Origin: Dudresnaya verticillata
Taxonomy: Eukaryota
Direction: 5' to 3'
Length of the DNA: 64,000 bases
Assembly (NCBI GenBank): GCA_977862235.1
Contig: OZ374562.1
Coordinates: forward strand, 62,001 to 126,000
Under the pieces are notes generated by a model. That model was not told where the DNA came from. It saw only the letters and a program-made list of their open reading frames with translations, and made no database searches. The translations under genes were made by a program, and so were the position numbers. This document shows, in pieces, positions 55,653 to 64,000 of this stretch (its first letter is position 1; every line of letters starts with the position of its first letter).

Positions 55653-57410
55653 ATGCGCGTAGCAGTCGTGGGCGCCAACCTGCTGGGCTCTGCCAGCGCG
55701 GTATACATCCGCCGCGCGCTGGACGCGAATGCCACCTCGGACCCGTCCTCCGCGGAGCCAGACGCTCCGCCGGCGTCCGAACCTACGCAGCCCATCACAA
55801 GCCCCTCCACCCCCGACGACATCGTCGTCTTCGAGAAGCAGCATCGCGCAGGCGGCGCCAAGTTCTCCACCCTGACGCTTGGCGACACCACTGTGCCGGC
55901 AGGCACCGCGTCCGGCGTGGACGTCGCCGCGTCCCCGCCGCTGTCCACGCTCCTGCGCGACGCCGCCATCGACCTGCCGCCGCGTCGCCCGCGCCGCGAG
56001 TGGGCCGTGTTCGACTGGAACCGCGACGAGTACAAGGTTGCGCAGGTCCGCTCGCGCTTTCTCAGCTTTGCGTCGCGCACATTCATCGTCGCAGAGCTCA
56101 TCCAGGTCTTCGCGCTTCTCTCGGCCATGTTCTTCGCCCGCCTCCTTCTCGCCAACGGCGTTCGCGCCACTTTTGTCGCCATCGATCGCGACGATGACCC
56201 GTTCGTTGACGTTCGCCTCATCGTCTGGTTCGCTGCAGCCGTCATGCTTGGCGCCGGCGTGGTTCCCGTGCGCTATATCTTCCGCTTTTACGGCTGGATC
56301 TTCTTCCGCAACGCGGTTTCCATTACTGCGAACATGACCTACGGTGGTGTGTCACTCTCCGTAATGGGGGAACTCATGAGTCAGTTCCGCGAGCAACTGC
56401 AAGTCGTGCTGGAGCAGGACTCTGCGACTAGCTGTATTACCCTCGGTCACTTGCTCAGCGCCTGTGGCATGGCCAAGTATGCTCGCGTGTCCACGCCGGA
56501 GTTCATGGGCAAGTACCAGGTGCGCCAGGAGGCCCTGGACGACCTCGTGTCGCCTGGTATCAACCAGGCATACGCCAACTCCGCCTGCGGTGCTGATAGC
56601 AACACCAACGCTCTAGCATGCTTGCTAAACATGCTTACCCGCTGCCCCATGCCTGTCAGCTTCAGGAACCGCGCGCGCTACTTCGACGCGGAGGAGACCA
56701 AGGCCCTGTGCCCGAAGCTCATTGACGCGGCTGGGGCGAAGCTCAGGCTTGGCGTGGAGGTGCGGTCGGTCATGAAGGTTTCGAAGACGGAATATGAGCT
56801 TTTTGGAACCGACTCGAGCGGCGAAGGCAAGGTTACCTCGTTGGGATATTTCGATGCGGTTGTGCTTGCGGCCGTGATCGATCCAGAGCGATTCACGACT
56901 GATGTAGCAGACTATGCGCTTGACCAGTTCTTGGCACTGGACCCGACTCTGAGCGGCATTCCATTAGGGGAGGTGCAGATTTTGAACACTTCGAAGCACG
57001 TATCTCTTGTCCGCGGAGAGCTCAACACGTCCTACTTCAAAAAGTCAAGCACATCAGCTCTCGCGACGCATGTGACAGTGCGAAACTCCGTGAACTGTTC
57101 CGAATTGTTGCAAGTGGGTGATGATGCATACCGTGTAGGATCTGGGGAGGAACCAGAGCGAGGGTCGAATGTGCTGAAAACCATTTTCAAGGAGGGCGTC
57201 GAGATGGTTTCTACAATTCGGAAGAAGCGAACTTACTATCCCTCGGCAATGAAGAACTTGAACGGGGCGGAGTCTCCTGCGTTTATTATAGGCACTAGAT
57301 TTCTCAACGCGGCATTTGTGGACCGGGTTGCCAGCGATGTGAGCCTTGACTGTCTTTCAGCGAGGAACACTGCTTCTTTCTTTAGAGACGGTGTTGCGAC
57401 ATGGAAGTAG
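55653..57410 (+). CDS. Prenylcysteine oxidase/farnesylcysteine lyase-like protein, divergent
   Basis: MRVAVVGANLLGSASAVY, IVVFEK...GG, LVSPGINQAY...NALA, FDAVVLAA and C-terminal VASDVSLDCLSARNTA follow the PCYOX layout. Confidence 0.72.
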   Translation: MRVAVVGANLLGSASAVYIRRALDANATSDPSSAEPDAPPASEPTQPITSPSTPDDIVVFEKQHRAGGAKFSTLTLGDTTVPAGTASGVDVAASPPLSTLLRDAAIDLPPRRPRREWAVFDWNRDEYKVAQVRSRFLSFASRTFIVAELIQVFALLSAMFFARLLLANGVRATFVAIDRDDDPFVDVRLIVWFAAAVMLGAGVVPVRYIFRFYGWIFFRNAVSITANMTYGGVSLSVMGELMSQFREQLQVVLEQDSATSCITLGHLLSACGMAKYARVSTPEFMGKYQVRQEALDDLVSPGINQAYANSACGADSNTNALACLLNMLTRCPMPVSFRNRARYFDAEETKALCPKLIDAAGAKLRLGVEVRSVMKVSKTEYELFGTDSSGEGKVTSLGYFDAVVLAAVIDPERFTTDVADYALDQFLALDPTLSGIPLGEVQILNTSKHVSLVRGELNTSYFKKSSTSALATHVTVRNSVNCSELLQVGDDAYRVGSGEEPERGSNVLKTIFKEGVEMVSTIRKKRTYYPSAMKNLNGAESPAFIIGTRFLNAAFVDRVASDVSLDCLSARNTASFFRDGVATWK

Positions 57411-58827
57411 GTGTCGTGACGATATCATACTAACTCACTGACATCTTATAATACCATTGATGGTCCGTACATGACGTAGACGTTGCAAGGGTGCGGATAA
57501 AGGAAATTGTGTACAGCGGACAGACAGAGTGCGCTATCGAGGCAAGTGCTCCTGCTCGACCCAACATACCTTTTTTTTCTTGTTTCTACCCTGAAGGTAC
57601 CAAGCGTGAGTAGGGTCTACTGAAGGACATCTACCGCCATGCACGCTCGCTCTGCATGTGTGATCGGAAGCATAGACGCTGGTGGTGGCGGGCTGCAGTG
57701 AGCAGGGCGCTTGGCGCATCTACGTAGAGAAGGGGGCCTCTTTGGCGCTTTGAGAGCTGGGTGTGACAGATTGCGAGCATGTGGCTGTCCTCGTGTGACG
57801 GAACAAACGGACGAAAGTAGACAGGTGTGGCATGCGTCTATGGACCTCTCGTTCACAACGCTCAGCACCTTTGGGAAGATGAAGACCGAAGCGAAAAGGT
57901 AAGAAGAGGGGTAAATCTTGCACGCCACGCCACGCTCTAGGCTACTTGTATGTACGAAGGGCACAACCCTCGATCGCGAGGCGCAGTCCCACGACTCGCC
58001 GTCCGTCTCGTCATGGCTGTTGATTCAGATTCAAACACGCAAAGCCTGGGATCTCTCCGTGGCTCCGGCTGGCACTTTGTCTATTCGGCTGGCATACTAC
58101 TGTATGTATGCCTTCAAAGCGTTGTGGGCATGTGGGCATGCAAGGTCTGTTTTTTCGAGGCGTGCCAATGTCTTCGAGAGCCGCTGTTTCCCGTTTCTGG
58201 AGAGGCTGGCCAGAGTCTGCGCATCTTGTTGTATGGTGAGGGCAATGCTCGCGGGCAAGCGTTGCACCAGAAATAAACTGCACTGCATGCGCGCGGTATC
58301 CTACTGTTTGAGCATGACGCACGCACGGACGGTTCAGAAGCAACGGCGATGAAGGGCGCAATTTTTGAGCAAATTTTGCGGGCGACGGCGGCTCCAACAA
58401 GATTCGCTGGAGACGTGTTGTGTGCAAAAAGCCAATGCGCTACGCTGGAGATCGAACACGTGCGTCTCCAGCATCGTCCAATTCGCCACTGTAGCCACAC
58501 GCTCGCGAGGCTTGGCCCATCTGCCAGACGAACGGCAGATTGTGCAACGAGCACCCGTCAGGCCGGCTACCGCCACAAAGAGCCTTTTGCGCGCAACATT
58601 GCGACATAGCGCAAGCGCATTGCGCCCGATCTGCAGCTCTCGTCACCAACCACGTCACGCCGCCAGTCCGCTTGCCGTCTTCCCGCACTGCCAGTGCGAA
58701 GCCGCCCGCGCCCGAAGAGAAGCTTCGTCTCAGCACCCACTGGTACATAATGCACAACGGCGCCCTCGTACATACCGTATAATTATTACGAAATCGCGCA
58801 GCACAGATCGCCTGGCACCCACCTCTC

Positions 58828-58828
<1 letters not shown>

Positions 58829-58857
<29 letters not shown>
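58829..58857. repeat. Poly-C tract upstream of carbonic anhydrase
   Basis: Directly visible, about 100 nt before the ATG. Confidence 0.9.
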
Positions 58858-58858
<1 letters not shown>

Positions 58859-58953
58859 TCTCTCCCCACCTCGCCATTCCGCCCCACCTCCACTCCCTCA
58901 CCCCCTAACCAAAGAAACAACCAAGCAGCAACCAAACAACGACCAATCCAATC

Positions 58954-59565
58954 ATGCCCACCATCGCCGATCGTGGAAAGGAGGTCTTCGCCGAGCTGCT
59001 GACCGAGAACGCCCGCTACCTGCGCGGCGACGCCCTGCCGCAGTCCGAGCTGTCGTCGCCGACGCTGCGCCAGGAGCTGGCCGACAAAGGCCAGAAGCCG
59101 GCCGCCGCCGTGATCGCGTGCGCGGACAGCCGCGTCGCGCCCGAGATCGTGTTCGGCGCCGGCCTGGGCCGCGTCTTCGTCGTGCGCAACGCTGGCAACG
59201 TCGCCTGGGGCGACTCGGTCGTCGGCTCGCTCGAGTACGCCGTCGACCATCTCAACGTCCCGCTCGTGCTCGTCCTCGGACACACCAAGTGTGGCGCCGT
59301 TGGCGCCGCCGTCGCCGCTGTCAACGCCGCTGAGAGCGGCTCTTCAAGCCCACTCGGCAACCATGTGTCCAGGATTGCTGATGTCGTCAAGGCCGAGGCG
59401 TGCAAGGATGACGCTGTCGCGTGTGCTGTTGTTGCCAATGTTAAGGACGGTGTTGCTAGATTAGTGGGTGGCCATACTTCCATTGGTAAGAAGGCAAAGG
59501 CAGCTGAGGTTGCCGTCATGGGCGCTGTGTATGATATCGAATCCGGAGAAGTTAAGGCTGTGTGA
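58954..59565 (+). CDS. Beta-carbonic anhydrase
   Basis: Motifs GQKP, CADSRV, FVVRNAGN, GSLEYAV, LGHTKCGA (Zn ligands C/H/C) and GAVYDIESGEV. No obvious targeting peptide. Confidence 0.95.
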   Translation: MPTIADRGKEVFAELLTENARYLRGDALPQSELSSPTLRQELADKGQKPAAAVIACADSRVAPEIVFGAGLGRVFVVRNAGNVAWGDSVVGSLEYAVDHLNVPLVLVLGHTKCGAVGAAVAAVNAAESGSSSPLGNHVSRIADVVKAEACKDDAVACAVVANVKDGVARLVGGHTSIGKKAKAAEVAVMGAVYDIESGEVKAV

Positions 59566-62500
59566 GAGCTTTCGCTTCGCTGTTCGATTCAGATTAGCGG
59601 CACTTCGGTTCGCAGAACTGGAGCACTATAGCGATGTAAAGCCATCACAATGATGCAGAGGCGCCTGCAGCCTTCCCGGTAGCATTCTTCCAGGAATTGC
59701 TTCAATCCCTTCCTCTAACCACACCGCATTCGCGGCCTTTCTAACACTGTCCCAAACCTGTTACTTGCACTTCAGGTGACTTTGCCGCGCTTTGTGCGTG
59801 TCCCTAGCTAGTCAACTTGCCGTTGCACTGCCGTCGGCCCCGCTCTGAAGGCATATTGCCCACATCGGGAGCCTGTTCTTTGTCAGGTTTTGGAAAGGCT
59901 TTGATGCCGATACAGATGCAGACCGATGCTCATATCTACACTTCTTTGTCCAACAAATGAATGCGCAACCGTATGTGATGTACTGTTTGTACCTGCAGCC
60001 TGGCTTGCGCAATCTCACGCAAACCCTATCCATCTAGAGATTTGCGGCGAAGGAACCGACTCCATATGGCTGATATGCGCTGTCAACCGCCTCAAAGAAG
60101 CTCTTATCATCGTGGTCGACTAGTGTACTGTACCAACACGCGCAAAACATAGGTCCTCAGTAAGTCTCTCAACAGGCTGTCAAATTTTGCGCACGCACGT
60201 CGTATGGCCCCGATAACTCACACCAGCCCTTTCTCCAGGAAACTGCTTTGTTGTTTCTCGCAAAGCACAGGACCGACGGCCAACAAATCCATATGGTACT
60301 GCAAGTACACCGTCAACACGGTCAACCAGGTATTACAGCATTGCGTACCCTTGGGTGCGCACACTTGGACAAGAAATCGAGTAATAGTTCGCCAACATGA
60401 TATACTCTTCACCACAACAACTTTTCGACTTCCAACAACTTGACAGCACCGGTGCCATGTCGAAGGGAAGGGTAACCTTTGGGCCTCCTGTGCGAGGTCT
60501 TGTGCGCAGAGTCGAAACCGGATACAGAAGCGATAACACCGAAAGGCAGGCAATAATAATATCGGCGAGTTCGCCGTGGATACTCACCACACAGACGAAA
60601 CACAATGCCAAGTGATCAGAATATGGCATTGTAAACACCGCGGCACAAGACAAGAAAGGACAGCGTCAGCTCGACACGCGCGAAAACGTGGTTCCGCTCC
60701 TTTGCAGACGGTCCGTGTCTGTCTGCCGGTGATTTACACAGCGATCCGCACCAGCGTTCCCCTGGTGGGACCAACGGCGGGGTTTCTCCAGAATGTGGAC
60801 GGACCTTTGGGACGATGAAACGTTGGGCATCACGTGATGGTACAGTACGTTCCCCGCGCGTGGTCCGACAGGAAAGCAAGTTTACTGTATCGACAGCAGC
60901 GTGTTCGAAAGTGGGCGTCCAAGTTTGTCGATATATGTGTGCTGTCGGGAAGTAATGCGTCGATCGCATCGGGCGACTTGCGCCGTAATAGTTGCACGCC
61001 ACGCTATGCATCGACCGTGCGCAATGGATTTGCAGTCGAAAGAAAACGGCTTGTCGATGACGAGTTGATATGGCGTTTCTCGGTGCGGTGCAACAATGGG
61101 ATGTACATGTAGATGAGGCCATGGAGCGGGCTGGCAATACGCGGGACAAATGCAGATCGGTTCAAGTTGTGTCATCGGAGGAGCGGCATGCAACAGCGGA
61201 GATCGATTCAATGGCGGCGGCTCCGGGACATTTCTCGTCGAAACGAAGGCCAATACATTGTGTGTCAGCAATGTGGACTGCTCGACTCAACACGACAACG
61301 GCGGGGCCACGGCGAGCGGTACATCACAAAGCACGGCTTTGATGTGAATCGGCTGCCTACAGTCGACGGTGTCTGACTTTAGTAAGATGTGCTATGCTTA
61401 CTGTGCAGTAGTAAGTGCATGGCCAGGCAGTGCCGGCCAAGGTCAACACACAGCTCGCTGCATTCAGCAATGCAATGGCAGTTGCACAACACACACAAGT
61501 TGGGAGTGAAACGGAAGTTGCCTTCGCACAGAGTTTGCGCGCCATGTCAGAGCGAAGGGTGCAGAAGGACGCGGCGCGGCGCGGTCGCCCAGACACCCAG
61601 CACTGAGCGACATCGGTCCGCACCGCGGCGGTACAGTGCGGCCCGTTTTGGCGACACGTGCGCGCTATGCGCGGGATAGTTGTGTGACAGTTGTTGCCTT
61701 TCCGCGCGAGAGTGGAACAGGTGGAACAGATCAAGTGATTTAAGTCGAAACGTGTCCTCGAGGTGAGGAATGAAGACGGCGATGATCAGCGCGATGAGGC
61801 AGGCCTTATGGCTGCCGGGTGCATGAATGGCGTTTAAAAGTTTGAGCAATGTACGGTGACATTGGGCGCGAACGAGGCACTGTAAAGTGCGCCCAGACGG
61901 AAATTTCTTGTGGGGAGACGCTTGGCGTCCAATGGCCGAGCACGATTCTCCGTCAGATTTGGATCCCAAAAAGTTGTCAGGCGGCTCGACCCGGTCAGCT
62001 GTTCGTAAGGTCCGGAAAGTCCGTGTAGAACACCGCGGCTGACGCGCCGTCGTAGAAAGTGCTTTGCAACACGTAGAATTTGCATATCCTCTTTTGCATT
62101 ACATTCCGAAGCGGTTTTCGCTGACTTCTGCGGTCGAAGGTGCTCACTGACCGCACACACGCCACCTGCCGCACACCACATCGCTTGGTGATCACGCAAT
62201 AATACTGTACACGACTCGCATCAAACAGTCGGCCGGTCGCATCACACACTCCGATTTTTCGTCTTGGTCTTGATCCAGTCACTGCGCCCTGTTCCGCGTT
62301 CGCACTTTTAACGTTGCCACTTGTTCTTTGCGTCGCATCTTGGTAACAACATCCTCTTCAAAATCTTACTCGTAGATGTGTCACAGTAATGTTCTGCATG
62401 CAAACAACAACTACAATTTGAAACGTTCAAACTTGTCTCATAGTTCTAAAAAAACGCTTTCCGTTTGCATCGTAGACCCACACCCATTACCCTGATCGTC

Positions 62501-64000
62501 GAGCACAAGTCGAGCACTTGACAGAGACGCCACGCATTGGTCCGCTCGTTTCTATAACAACTCAATTACACCCCTCCTGTTGTCTTCCATCCCCCGCAAA
62601 TTCACAGGTCAAGCCTGAAAGGTCGACGCCAATTCTCTGTCGCCATATCTTTGAGACCATTCCTGTACCCTAAAAGCCCTTCGCCGAGCCAAACCCCTTA
62701 TTTTTCTTTTCGTTGTGCCCACTACGAAGGGTAACAAAACGTCTTACCCACTAGACCAGTGGTGATGCTAAACTTTTAATGGTTATTTTAGGTGTTCCCG
62801 CTCGGGCGACTGGTGCTATTCGCCATCATCTCGAATCTCGTGCCTCACCAACTTATTCGCTCTTGCTGTTCGCTTTCCCTCCTTTGCATATAGAGATATG
62901 TGTGGCCGTGAAGCCGTCGCCGAATGCCGAGACAGATGGAAATGTCCTGCTTCTGCTAACTCTCTCGCCGACAACATCACAGAGCCACACTCTGGCATGC
63001 GCTGTGCAGTTTCCAAGACACGTCAATTGATGAGACCGCTCCCCCGCTGTCTGTCTGTCACCGCCGCCTGATAGCGAGAGAACCTGCCCGACAGGCAATG
63101 CCGCCAGCCCTTCACACATTTGCTCAACACCAGTATAAAAAAAGACATCCCGACTCCACTGTACATCTGCAACGCCGCCCTGGCCTGAGGCCTACCAGCA
63201 TGTATTGACAAGCACGCATTCCTTTGATCGTAAAAGTAGATGCCTTCTGTGATCCACTTGGCAGCACGTGACAGATCCCCAGAGTCAAAGTCAAATGTCT
63301 TCAACTGTTGTGCAAAACTGAACTGTTTCACAGCGCTTGCGGAAGGTTAAGCCTTCTATTCTGGTGCATTTTTACTCAATTCTCGTCGACAGACACGCCG
63401 AAATAACAGTAACATGTTATGGAGAAAGTTGTGCAATGTGAAAAGCCGATTGTGCGAGAGACTCGTAGATCTGTCTCGCAGACTTCGACGCCTACGTTTC
63501 TTCAATTTTCTATTGGTACGTAACAATAGTACATGTACAATAGAGCGAACTCTTTGGTATTGTAGACGCTGCAACATAACCTGCACCCGTCTGGGGAGGC
63601 CCCTGTTCGTCGTGAGACCCACTAAAACTAGCAACGTGCAAAAGCCTGCACACAAGTAAGTAGCTCTCCCGAAATGCCGGCGTGGAGTCTAGTAAAGAGT
63701 TGAAGGAGTTTACTTGTCATAAACACTACAAACTGAGTTAAAACATTTTCAACAGTTCTTGCGACCCATTACTCCTAACATGATGCCTCATACAAAGCGA
63801 CATAAAAGTATCGTCCCCTTTTGACAAAAAACTGAGAAAAACGTTGACTTTTCTGGACAGGGAATCAGAAGAATGAGATAGATTCCCTGTTGCAGTACTT
63901 GCTGCGGCTGAGACTAACAGTCTCGTCTCCGTCTCCTACGAAACAGCATGTCGAGCAGGGTCAAAGATCTTGTCCATCTTCTGCGTCTGCTGTGCAGCCC

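Noticed and set aside
59600..64000. Short ORFs (e.g. a CxxC-containing one at 61113-61376)
   Set aside because: No family is recognisable; possibly decayed TE or pseudogene sequence, but unsupported.
1..64000. tRNA, rRNA, snRNA or CRISPR arrays
   Set aside because: No cloverleaf, conserved RNA signature or repeat-spacer array was found by eye. A covariance-model scan would be needed to exclude small RNAs.

Overview
Eukaryotic nuclear DNA that is intron-poor and compact in the gene-dense part. It is most consistent with a red alga (probably florideophyte). That assignment is an inference from tandem animal-type heme peroxidases, plastid-type transit peptides, a cyanobacterial-type ThrRS, a RelA/SpoT homolog and rare short GTACGT...CAG introns. 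About 18 protein genes are supportable: two paralogous heme peroxidases, a membrane protein, mitochondrial EF-Tu, pyroglutamyl peptidase I, an orphan protein, plastid-type ThrRS, a Zn-ribbon+RRM protein, an Arg-rich protein, RSH, a 3-exon organellar uS15, an ankyrin-RING-H2 ligase, a DUF5522-Dph6-like fusion, a Kelch-cytochrome b561, a triple-MSP protein, an H+-PPase-like protein, a bZIP, a prenylcysteine-oxidase-like protein and a beta-carbonic anhydrase. The gene-poor blocks (about 0.8-8, 9.8-17, 48.5-55.5 and 59.6-64 kb) contain two inverted-repeat MITE-like elements, probable decayed LINE fragments and simple repeats. The most notable observation is an intact 1074-aa membrane pyrophosphatase homolog that has lost almost all catalytic motifs. 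Also notable are an apparently hydrolase-dead RSH and several unusual domain fusions. No tRNA, rRNA or CRISPR features were recognised. All homology calls come from motif recognition by eye; no searches were run.
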